Source: an uncultured bacterium (GTDB taxonomy: Bacteria > Zixibacteria > MSB-5A5 > JAABVY01 > JAHJOQ01). From it: DNA of 64,000 nucleotides. Made by a program: the position numbers and the translations under genes. Below are positions 10,528-19,600 of the stretch, piece by piece. The notes under the pieces were generated by a model. It searched no databases, was not told where the DNA came from, and saw only the letters and a list, made by a program, of their open reading frames with translations. The stretch spans positions 7,951 through 71,950 of the forward strand of contig CBDUQR010000004.1 in the NCBI GenBank assembly GCA_965369655.1, in the 5' to 3' direction. Numbering within the stretch: position 1 is the first letter of the stretch; every line of letters begins with the position of its first letter.

Positions 10528-12057
10528 ATGAAAATGCCGACAAAAGGTGAACTCCTCCGACTCCAGGAGATGTATCACACCGACAAGCGCGTTGCCGAAG
10601 CTCTTGGCGGCAATGTCACTGAGCATCTTGTGCAGTACTGGCGGCGGAAAAAAGGCATACCGCGCAGGAAATTCCCCAAGTACTCAGAAGCGCAGATAAA
10701 GGAACTGTGGGAGCGTTACGGCGATGATTTCAGGTGCGGACGAGAGCTTGAACTCTCAAAGGCGGGATTCTACAGTTGGAGACGTCGCTACAATATAATG
10801 GACAAGCCGCATGCGTTAAGACTTGAACAGCTCGAACTGCGTTTTGGTGCGGAACCCAAACTTGGACGCGACGGAGTCTATGTCGAGTACTACAGGACCG
10901 TCGCCGAGAAAATCATGGCGAACTGTTCCGACAGCGATATTGTCGAGCGCAAACAGACTGTCGAACTGACGCCCGATCTGATACTGCTGGACCGACTGAG
11001 CGGAGAGGACCGACGCAAGCTGCGCATATCGAAATCGGTGGCCAATAGAGTCTGGCTTGCGACCGTTGATCGGGGCATCCTGTCGAACAGTCAACTGGAT
11101 ACTGGCAGGGTGCTGAACAATGTCTTCTCGCTTCTTCACCGCGAGGCTCTCTCGCCAAACATGCTGGTCGTGCGCAACAGTTGTTCAAGCGCTGGGTACT
11201 CGGCTTTCTCGACGCTTTCGATCGAGTTGAGGCAGGATCAACTGAACAAACTTCTGAAACGTGGCAAGTTCGAGTACACAGTACCGCCCGTGCTCAGGAT
11301 TACTCTTCAGGGAAGGCTCCAGCGCGGGGTCACGGCGTTTGACGTCTTCTGCTACGCCATATCAAATGTCTCCCAAAATGTTTTCGATGGCAGGATTGTC
11401 GAGTACGCAGGGAACGTGACCGAGAAGCTGAATATGTTCGAACGTTTCTCGCTGTGCCATCTTACTCCGGCCTCAGGCGCTGCCTGCGGGTACACTCTGT
11501 TCGATGAAACTACAAGAAAATACCTCGCCAGACGAGGCAGGTCCGACCACAAAGCGCTTTTCTCTGACTCGAAAGCATTTTATGACCGCGACTATGTCCT
11601 GATGGTTTCAGGATTGGCCCCGCAGATCATGAAGTCGGATGAGTTGAGATCGGGACAGCTTGTCAAGGATGCTGAGAATATCGGAGCAATCGATACGGTG
11701 TTCGTCGGGGGCCCCTGCGGGGGAGGGATCGAAGCGATGAAACAACTCGCCGATCTGCTCAAAGAACGCAGAGTACATTCATCGGTACGGATGTACATCT
11801 CCCCGCTGACTCAGGAGATTTACATCGAGGCGATCAAGAAACGCTACCTCGCTCCGATAGCGGAGGCGGGAGCGACAATTCTCCCGCCGGCTTCATCGCT
11901 GGAGGATATTCCAGGGTACACTCCGGGATCCGGGGCAGGCGTTCTCGCAACACCTTATCGATACGATGACAGCCATTCGCAGGACTGCTGGTATGTGAGC
12001 CATTTCACGGCAGCCGAGAGTGCTGTACAAGGCAAACTAAGCTGCGTCGGACGCTGA
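10528..12057 (+). CDS. aconitase-family large-subunit (LeuC type-2)-like protein; catalytic and Fe-S ligand motifs appear to be lost; ~90-aa HTH-like N-terminal extension
   Basis: Immediately upstream of a canonical LeuD type-2 gene. Segments align to LeuC type 2 (VFVGGPCGGGIE vs VFIGSCTNGRLE; ILPPASSLEDIPG vs VTNPSCSACMGSL; VVRNSCSSAGYSAF vs VVGADSHTCTHGAF), but two of three Cys ligands and the DSHT motif are substituted. Alignment is by eye and from memory. Confidence 0.55.
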   Translation: MKMPTKGELLRLQEMYHTDKRVAEALGGNVTEHLVQYWRRKKGIPRRKFPKYSEAQIKELWERYGDDFRCGRELELSKAGFYSWRRRYNIMDKPHALRLEQLELRFGAEPKLGRDGVYVEYYRTVAEKIMANCSDSDIVERKQTVELTPDLILLDRLSGEDRRKLRISKSVANRVWLATVDRGILSNSQLDTGRVLNNVFSLLHREALSPNMLVVRNSCSSAGYSAFSTLSIELRQDQLNKLLKRGKFEYTVPPVLRITLQGRLQRGVTAFDVFCYAISNVSQNVFDGRIVEYAGNVTEKLNMFERFSLCHLTPASGAACGYTLFDETTRKYLARRGRSDHKALFSDSKAFYDRDYVLMVSGLAPQIMKSDELRSGQLVKDAENIGAIDTVFVGGPCGGGIEAMKQLADLLKERRVHSSVRMYISPLTQEIYIEAIKKRYLAPIAEAGATILPPASSLEDIPGYTPGSGAGVLATPYRYDDSHSQDCWYVSHFTAAESAVQGKLSCVGR

Positions 12058-12157
12058 GACGATGGATGCGTCTTCATCGCCTGTTTCGACATTCATTCAG
12101 GTTGACAAAGGGCAAGGCTCGGACTACATTCTGTCGAACTGATCGAAAGGACTGCGA

Positions 12158-12655
12158 GTGGGCCTGATCAAAGGCAAGGTTTTCAAATACGGTGATGATA
12201 TTAACACCGATGTGATCTTTCCGGGCAAGTATACGTACACGGTAACTGAACCCGAGGATATGGCCAGCCACGCGATGGAGGATCTCGACCCCGGCTTTGT
12301 CGATGAAGTCGAAAATGGCGATGTTGTTGTCGGAGGCAAGAACTTCGGTTGTGGATCGTCACGCGAGCAGGCTGTGAAGTGCCTGAAATTCTCAGGCGTC
12401 GGAGCCGTTATTGCCAAGTCATTTTCGAGAATCTATTTTCGCAACCTGATCAACAACGGCATTCCGGCAATTGTTAACGCCGAGCTTGTCGATGTGCTCG
12501 AAAAGGGCGATCGAATCGAGGTCAATCTGGAGAGCGGTATGGTCAGCACGCCAAAGGGTGAATTCAGTTTTCCGGCGTATGCTCCGGAAATACAGGAGAT
12601 AATTGATTCCGGCGGACTCATCCCGTACACTCAGAAGAAACTCGGGATCGGGTAG
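12158..12655 (+). CDS. 3-isopropylmalate/homoaconitate dehydratase small subunit, LeuD type 2 (aconitase swivel domain)
   Basis: GDDINTDVIFPGKY, NFGCGSSREQAV, SFSRIYFRNLINNGIPAI: the classic LeuD type-2 signature; 165 aa. Confidence 0.8.
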   Translation: MGLIKGKVFKYGDDINTDVIFPGKYTYTVTEPEDMASHAMEDLDPGFVDEVENGDVVVGGKNFGCGSSREQAVKCLKFSGVGAVIAKSFSRIYFRNLINNGIPAIVNAELVDVLEKGDRIEVNLESGMVSTPKGEFSFPAYAPEIQEIIDSGGLIPYTQKKLGIG

Positions 12656-12779
12656 CGCGTGATGTCATGGGAAACATCCGGACATTCGACACTGTTTTGA
12701 AAGCAAAGTATCGCGGACGCTATATCTGAATGGTCGTTTCGCGCAGTTTGGAAACAAAAGGAGCTTTGGAGGACATACA

Positions 12780-13118
12780 ATGAAAGTCAACGCCTACGAA
12801 AAAGACGGAGTTTCAATAATCGAGGTCAAGGGTCGACTCATGGGTGGACCCGACACCGGTGAACTCGACGAAAAGCTCTATGCAATTATTGGCAAGGGAG
12901 ACAAAAAGGCCATCGTTGATCTCGGCGGATGCGACTGGATCAATTCGTCCGGGCTTTCTATCCTGATCCATCATTACAAGAAATTCAAAGACGCCGGTGG
13001 CGAACTGAAGCTCGCCAACCTGACCAATAAGGTCGAGCGAATCATGGTGATCGCGAGACTGACCGAGGTCTTCGACGCGCGCGATTCTGTCGAGGACGCT
13101 ATCGCGGCGTTCGAGTAA
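12780..13118 (+). CDS. STAS-domain anti-sigma-factor antagonist (SpoIIAA-like)
   Basis: 112 aa; VSIIEVKGRLMGG...DLGGCDWINSSGLSILI, typical of STAS. Confidence 0.8.
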   Translation: MKVNAYEKDGVSIIEVKGRLMGGPDTGELDEKLYAIIGKGDKKAIVDLGGCDWINSSGLSILIHHYKKFKDAGGELKLANLTNKVERIMVIARLTEVFDARDSVEDAIAAFE

Positions 13119-13146
13119 TAGTCGATTCCGCTGATGATTGATTATT

Positions 13147-13174
13147 GAGGCGGCTCATAGTAGCCGCCTTTTAC
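13147..13174 (+). terminator. rho-independent terminator after the STAS gene
   Basis: gaggcggct-catagt-agccgcct followed by tttt. Confidence 0.6.
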
Positions 13175-13298
13175 TATTGTGTGTATCCGGTAGATGTCCA
13201 GAGGTTGTCCCAAAAGGTCGTTTCGACAGGTCTTGGCGGCGACGGAGTCGTCGGTGTGACCTGTCGATTTTTTGCAAGCTATTGTCTGACATTGTTTC

Positions 13299-13346
13299 CA
13301 TTTTCCATCAGTTCACACGCCCGCCTTCAGCGGACGCAAGAACTGA
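13299..13346. repeat. dispersed hairpin repeat cagttcacacgcccgcc..acgcaagaactg; second copy at 36213-36257
   Basis: Two copies of ~47 nt. The base outside the cagttc/gaactg stem co-varies (t..a in copy 1, g..c in copy 2). Confidence 0.5.
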
Positions 13347-13420
13347 CGGAACGCTCGCATGACATATGCCCAAAATACGCTTGACAATATACATAGCAGA
13401 CCTGCCGCAACGATGTAAAT

Positions 13421-14029
13421 CTACTCGTCCACAAATTCCACTCTGCCATTTGTAATCGACACCAGTGACTGCCTTATCCTGTCAGACCAGGATCGCCTCA
13501 CATCGCAGACAATCGCGCCGATATCCGTGTACCGGCTCTCGGCGATTTCCACAACTTCTGTCGAGACCGCTCTCAATACTGCGCCTGTGAAATTGAGCGG
13601 AAATGTAAAACTGAGTCGATCGGTCAGGTAACGGGTTTGAATATCTGCTTTCTCAATCACAGCCAGCGCCGCATCGCGGTATGCTCGTCCGAGTCCTCCG
13701 GTGCCAAGCTTGATACCGCCGAAATAGCGTGTGACGACCAGGCATGTGTCTGTCAATTCAAATCTGTCGAGAGCTTCGAGTATGGGTCGGCCTGCTGTGC
13801 CCGACGGCTCACCGTCGTCGGAATACCTGAACACCTGCTCGGCTCCGCATCCAATCCTGTATGCAAAGCAGTTATGAGTTGCGTTATGGAATTCCTTCGC
13901 GACGGAATTCCTGAACTCAACTGCTGCATTAGGATCGGTTGCCTGATTGATGGTGGCGATAAAGCGCGACCGTTTGATCTTGATCTCGGATCGGCAGTGT
14001 CCTGCGATGATCTGGTATGAATCAGACAA
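13421..14029 (-). CDS. yigZ: YigZ/IMPACT-family protein (UPF0029)
   Basis: RSRFIATI...NCFAYRIG...SDDGEPSGTAGRPIL...TRYFGGIKLGTGGL: a strong IMPACT-family signature. Confidence 0.85.
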   Translation of the reverse strand: MSDSYQIIAGHCRSEIKIKRSRFIATINQATDPNAAVEFRNSVAKEFHNATHNCFAYRIGCGAEQVFRYSDDGEPSGTAGRPILEALDRFELTDTCLVVTRYFGGIKLGTGGLGRAYRDAALAVIEKADIQTRYLTDRLSFTFPLNFTGAVLRAVSTEVVEIAESRYTDIGAIVCDVRRSWSDRIRQSLVSITNGRVEFVDE

Positions 14030-14074
14030 ATGATTCTCGGATGTCAGACAGTATGATAAACCTGAGCGGCTGTG

Positions 14075-14305
14075 CTATTCCTGAGCCGCAACGATGTATT
14101 GCTCTATCAGCCTCTTGAAACGCGCGCCATAGATCATGTCATACTTTTCCATATCGTCGGGTATAAGCTTCTCGGCTTTCAGGCGCGTCGCCGCAACGAG
14201 TCTGTTGGCGGTCTCGATGCTCAGGCCGCCGCTCTCTATCTCACGTACCGTGCTGTCGACCAACTTCTTCAGTTCGACAACAGGGCCTTCATTCGGTGAA
14301 TCCAT
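14075..14305 (-). CDS. hypothetical small helical protein (76 aa) immediately downstream of dprA
   Basis: ORF abuts the dprA stop; start at MDSPNEG (14305) or MGVSM (14317); no recognised family. Confidence 0.35.
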   Translation of the reverse strand: MDSPNEGPVVELKKLVDSTVREIESGGLSIETANRLVAATRLKAEKLIPDDMEKYDMIYGARFKRLIEQYIVAAQE

Positions 14306-14306
14306 A

Positions 14307-15230
14307 CTAACTCCCAATGCTGGTTTCGAGAATCGTTGTCAGATCATCGATGGTGTCAAACGGTATCGCATTCTGAGGAACGGTGACGCCTCGCTTGCTT
14401 TCATCTCCTTTCAACAGATAGAACAGCAGTTTGCCCTGCGTTTCTGCGGATTCCGCAGCCGAGAATGTCCCGGACGAATCAGGCGAAAGCTCACCGACTA
14501 TCACTGAATCCGACAGCCCCACGATTATGCGGTTTCTGCCCAGTAGCCTGCCCGTATTGATGCCGGTATCCGGAGGATACTCGCACATCAGCGAACCTTT
14601 TTCGAGCAACTGTTCAGCGAGCGCCTTGTTCTCCGGAGGATATATCTCGTAGAATCCCGACGCTACGACCGCATGACTGATCCCCTCGTTCTTGATCGCG
14701 CCTACATGTGCCGCCGTATCGATTCCCCTCGCAAGACCGGAAACAATCGAGCAGCCCTTCTTCACGAGAAATGCCGCGATGTCAACCGTAGCCTCTATTG
14801 CCTCAGCCGAGGCATCCGTGCGACCGACAACAGCTATCGATTTCTGATCCGGATTCGGAAAATGCCCCTTGTAGTAGAGCACTGGTGGCGGATCATCCAT
14901 CGACCGGAGACGACTCGGGTATTCATCATCGAGAAAAGTCACGACTGATATACCTTCTTCGGAAAGCCGTTCAATCCGCTCGCCCATGAACGTGATTGAA
15001 TGCTGTGATCCAAGTATCTGTTCGGCATGCTCTTCTGAAAGACGCGGCAGGTCGGTCAATTGTTCAAAAGTGGCGGCATAGACATTTTCGGGAGATCCGA
15101 ACACGGACAGGATCGTCTGAAACAATTTCGGCCCAACGCCTCCCGACTCCCGCAGTGCGAGAATTACACTGGTTGTGTAAATATCATCCATGATAGTTCT
15201 GAATACCTCCATGAAAAAGGTAACCGTCAT
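14307..15230 (-). CDS. dprA: DNA processing protein DprA (Smf)
   Basis: Rossmann-like DprA core (IAVVGRTDASAEA...SGLARGIDTAAH...GRLLGRNRIIVGLSD). The track start at 15332 lies inside a REP hairpin (15327-15352, gtcattcccgcgaaggcgggaatc); a start at MTVTFFMEVF (15230) or later is more plausible. Confidence 0.8.
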   Translation of the reverse strand: MTVTFFMEVFRTIMDDIYTTSVILALRESGGVGPKLFQTILSVFGSPENVYAATFEQLTDLPRLSEEHAEQILGSQHSITFMGERIERLSEEGISVVTFLDDEYPSRLRSMDDPPPVLYYKGHFPNPDQKSIAVVGRTDASAEAIEATVDIAAFLVKKGCSIVSGLARGIDTAAHVGAIKNEGISHAVVASGFYEIYPPENKALAEQLLEKGSLMCEYPPDTGINTGRLLGRNRIIVGLSDSVIVGELSPDSSGTFSAAESAETQGKLLFYLLKGDESKRGVTVPQNAIPFDTIDDLTTILETSIGS

Positions 15231-15295
15231 GCCAGATACTGTCAAGGCGATTTCAGAGAGGATATTATTCCCTTGGGGACAAATGTCCTCGCAAG

Positions 15296-15420
15296 TCCTT
15301 AGCTTCGAAGGGCTTGTCCCAATGCATGTCATTCCCGCGAAGGCGGGAATCTATTGAATGCGTGATTGTTAAATAGGCTCCCGTGGTATCCTGAACAAAG
15401 CGAAGGGCCTCCGCGGGAGC
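15296..15420. repeat. REP-like composite element containing a perfect palindrome (gtcattcccgcgaaggcgggaatc) and cgaaggg modules
   Basis: Motifs shared with the intergenic elements at 22659-22875, 35160-35262 and 43895-43965. Confidence 0.5.
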
Positions 15421-15504
15421 GACAGAGTCAACATCCCGCTCATGACATCAATTCAGAGTTTTTCGTGCTCTTGACTTGAGCCGCGACAAGTATATCTTAT
15501 CGTT

Positions 15505-16503
15505 ATGCCTGCGAATCTGACTCCGCAGTATCTCGAAGCCGAAGAGCGGTTCAAACGCGCGACCAGCGACGATGAGAAGCTCGCGTGTCTCGAAGAGATG
15601 ATGCGCATCATCCCCAAGCACAAGGGGACCGAGAAGATGCGCAAGGATATGAAGACGCGCATGGCCAAACTGCGGCAGAAGCTCGAAGGTCCGAAGAAAT
15701 CCTCAGGCGCTGCTAAAGCCGCTGCAATCGATCATGTCGAGAAGCACGGCGCAGCACAGATCATTGTTCTCGGTCCGCCGAACTGCGGGAAATCATCGTT
15801 CCTGAACGCCGTCACCGCCGCCGAACCGGAGATTGCCGACTACCCATACACGACCCGCAAACCGATGCCGGGGATGATGAATCACGAGACCGTTCAGTTC
15901 GAGATTGTCGATCTGCCGCCGATTGCGCCTGACTTCTACGAAAACTGGATGACCAATATTATCCGCAACGGCGATGTCCTGATCCTGATGGCGGATATCG
16001 CAGCCGACGATATGCTCGAGGGGATCGATGCCGTCATATCCAAACTCGACGAACTGAAGATGATCCTCATCAAGAAAGAGATACCCGAAGAATATCTCGG
16101 CTCGCAGTTTTGCAAAAAGACGGTGCTCGTGGCGAACAAATGCGATGTCGATGATGCTGCCGACAATATCGAGATACTGAGAGAGTTGTACTCTGATCGA
16201 TTCACGATCATCCCTGTCTCATGTACAGTCGGGACGAGTCTCGACAGACTCAAAGATCACATATTCGATATCCTCCAGATCATGCGTGTCTACACCAAGA
16301 CTCCGGGGCGTGATGTCGACTACAAGGACCCGGTCGTGTTGTCGATCGGATCGACTGTCGAGGATGCAGCGCTGGCGATTCACAAAGATTTCGCGCACAA
16401 ACTTCAGTTCGCCAAACTCTGGGGCGAAGGCAAATTCGATGGCCAGCGAGTAACATCGAAATTCGTGCTGTCAGACAAAGATGTGGTGGAGTTTCATATA
16501 TGA
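15505..16503 (+). CDS. GTP-binding protein of the DRG/Rbg family with C-terminal TGS domain
   Basis: G1 motif VLGPPNCGKSS, NKCD G4, C-terminal TGS-like segment (RVYTKTPG...VLS..STVEDAALAIH). Confidence 0.8.
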   Translation: MPANLTPQYLEAEERFKRATSDDEKLACLEEMMRIIPKHKGTEKMRKDMKTRMAKLRQKLEGPKKSSGAAKAAAIDHVEKHGAAQIIVLGPPNCGKSSFLNAVTAAEPEIADYPYTTRKPMPGMMNHETVQFEIVDLPPIAPDFYENWMTNIIRNGDVLILMADIAADDMLEGIDAVISKLDELKMILIKKEIPEEYLGSQFCKKTVLVANKCDVDDAADNIEILRELYSDRFTIIPVSCTVGTSLDRLKDHIFDILQIMRVYTKTPGRDVDYKDPVVLSIGSTVEDAALAIHKDFAHKLQFAKLWGEGKFDGQRVTSKFVLSDKDVVEFHI

Positions 16504-16657
16504 GTTACCAACTCGTGCGCGGCAGAGTTTTCACTGGTAACTGGGTGAGGGAAGTGCTATCCTTATTATAGTTGTCAACACGAACCCATCCGACGCTACG
16601 CTCTGGATGGGCTACCGGCTTATAAAGGGGTAACACTGCAATGGAGCATCATACGTA

Positions 16658-19600
16658 ATGTCAGAAACCAGTGATTTTTTACCTCCAAAGATACCATATG
16701 AGTTGAAGAAGGCTCAGCAGGACGGGAAATTAGTTGTATTCGTGGGGGCTGGCGTTTCCATGCCTCCGCCATCCAGTCTGCCGGACTTCAATGATCTCGC
16801 TAAGAAGCTCAAAGACAAATTAGGACCATCTTTCAAAAAGCGAGCGCGCAGTGAGTCGATTGATCAATTCATTGGCCGAATGGTAGACGAGAATCACGAC
16901 GTGCGGAAGTGGGTACGCGATATTTTCCTTAGTGAAAAATCAAAACCCAACAAACAACACGCCAATTTGATCAAGCTCTTTACTCAACCCAAGGATGTCA
17001 AGATCGTAACCACGAATTTTGATTCACATCTCTCAACAGCAGCGAGAGCTAAATTTGAGGATAGCAACGATATTAACGAATACCTGGCTCCTGCCTTGCC
17101 TCTGGGACGAGAGTTTTCAGGCATCGTTTATCTGCACGGACGTGCCGACCGAGGTGCGAATGAATTGGTGCTGACAGATCGAGATTTTGGAAAAGCCTAC
17201 TTGGCTGACGGCTGGGCGCGTCGATTCATGTTGGCTTTGTTCAGACATTACCATGTGCTTTTTGTTGGTTATAGTCACGAAGATTCTGTTCTGAGATATC
17301 TTGCCAGGGGATTGTTCGACAAGACTCAGCGATTTGCTTTTGCCACGGAAGCTAAAGAAGATCATTGGAAAAGACTGGGCATAAAGATAATTAAATACGA
17401 ACAAATCAAGAGAAAGAGAAAGTTCAAACTTGTCTGGGAAGCCATAAGCAGTTGGTCAAATCAGACACAATGGGGTCTACTGGATCACGAGAGAAGAATA
17501 ACCAATATTGTGTCCATAGTGGAGACAACAGATCCTATTTTATCGCCACATTCCAATCTTACTAAAGAAGATGCTCGGTATCTCATCGATGCCATCCAGC
17601 AAGAGCATCTGTTGCGTTTATTCTGCGACAAAGCAAAGCATACGTATTGGCTTGAATGGCTGGAGCAAAAGGAGAAGAACAAGGAGGCTGAGTATGACAC
17701 CAATGAGCAAGCTTGGAAAGAGCGACTCGAATTCTCAAAACTATTTAGTCCGACTGCTGAAATCGGAGAGCGAGAGCGTGTCCTTGCATGGTGGTTTGCC
17801 AAAAGCTTTGTCGGCTGCGACGATCAACAAGGGTTGATATATCTAACACAACGTGGCCAAACTGTCAATCCAGCATTATGGGACGAAATTGCAAGGGTAT
17901 TGGCTCACGGTAAGAAGCTCCCGAAACCGGAAACCTATGCCAAGTGGCTGTCAGTTCTTATGAACACTGTGCCTCAGCATAAGCATGCGTTAGATCGAAT
18001 CTTGACTAGTCGGAATTTGAACCAGAACTACTGGCGAGGCGTACTGAATCTGTTCCAGTTTCTGACTACTCCAAGATTGGAGCTGGAAGATGATTATATG
18101 GGTGAACTAATCAAAGGAGAGAAGAAAGTTAACGCGAATATATCAATGTTAGGTGATAAGTACTGCTTGGATGAGGCTTGGAAACGAATATTGAAACCAC
18201 TGCTCCCGACACTGTCAAGCGAACTGGCGGTCACATTCACAGGCCACTTCTGGCGTGCGCATTCGTTGTTGGTCGCCGCTGGCAAGGCTGGTCCCATGTG
18301 GAATCCGGTTAGTTTCAGTCGCTCGGCTATCGAGCCGCATGAACAAGATAGCCAGATGTTCGGATTCGAGCTCATTATCGACTATGCAAGAGATGTAATC
18401 GAATTCATTATCGAGAATGACACAAGACAGGCTGATGCCCTCATACAAATATGGATATCTTCGAAAGTTCCTATACTCGCTCGTCTCGCTGTTCACGCCA
18501 TGAGAAAGTCAATCCACGTTTCCTTCGACGACAAGCTACGCTGGGTACTTGAATGGGAGCTGATCTACAAGCATCTCACCAAACATGAGGTCTTCATGCT
18601 CTTAGAGCATGCTTTCCCCAAGGCAGGGCAAGACATGCAATTAGAGGTAATCGAGCGCGCCAAGATCGGACCTCATCGCGATGAAGGTGAAGATACAGAA
18701 CATGCGAAACTATATGAGTATGAGATATACTGTCTACTATATTGGCTTAAGAAGCATGCTCCGAAACTCCACTCTGCACAGCAAGCATTTGATGAGGTAC
18801 AGAGTAGGAATAAAGAATTCTCACCACCTGATCATCCTGAATTCTATAAGTGGAGTTCGGGTGCTATTTTAATTGAAGGCTTCTCTCCGATTGATGCTGA
18901 CGAACTCTTATTGAAACCTGCTGCAGAGCAGGTTGAATATTTGATGAACGGTGGATCTGAGTCCAGGCATATTTTCGAGAGAGAAGGTCTCATGGGGCAA
19001 GTTGGCATCGCGGCAAGAAAAAACCCGTCGTGGGGTTTAGACCTTGCAGAGGTGTTGAGGGATAGGACGGAATGGAAAGAAGATATTTGGAGCAGCATTC
19101 TTAATGCATGGCATAAACCACCTTTCAACAAAGAAGATTGGCCGCGAGCACTAGGAATCCTCGGGGACGTAAACATTCTCTCTAATAACCGATACACGAT
19201 AGGTTACATCCTCTGGCATGCGTCCGAAATGAAAAACATCTGGACTGAAGCGACTCTCCACGAAGCCGAGGCTATTACGGAGAGATTTTGGGATATTATC
19301 GGCAATGACGCACCAGAACGGACACCTGCTGACGACTGGCTGTTCGAGGCTATCAACCATCCGGCTGGTCAGCTTACTCTCTTCTGGCTGCACCTTATCG
19401 AAAGGCGCGCCGAACTCGCTGGACACGATCCTGACACAATACCCGACAAGTACAAAGAGCGTTTTGAAGCAATCATCTCAGGGACATCATACGCGAGTCA
19501 ACTTGGCCGTGTAACCCTCGCCAGCCAGATCAGATATGCATTCAGCCTAGATCGGCAATGGACAGTAGATAACCTGCTTCCGCTACTAGACTGGAATAAG

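Noticed and set aside
15231-15332. The long N-terminal extension of dprA (track start 15332)
   Set aside because: The extension overlaps the palindromic REP element at 15327-15352 and precedes the conserved DprA N-terminus, so a downstream start (about 15230) is preferred.
16505-16542. Inverted repeat agttacca...tggtaact after the GTPase gene
   Set aside because: It has a 22-nt loop and no T-tract, so it is unconvincing as an intrinsic terminator.
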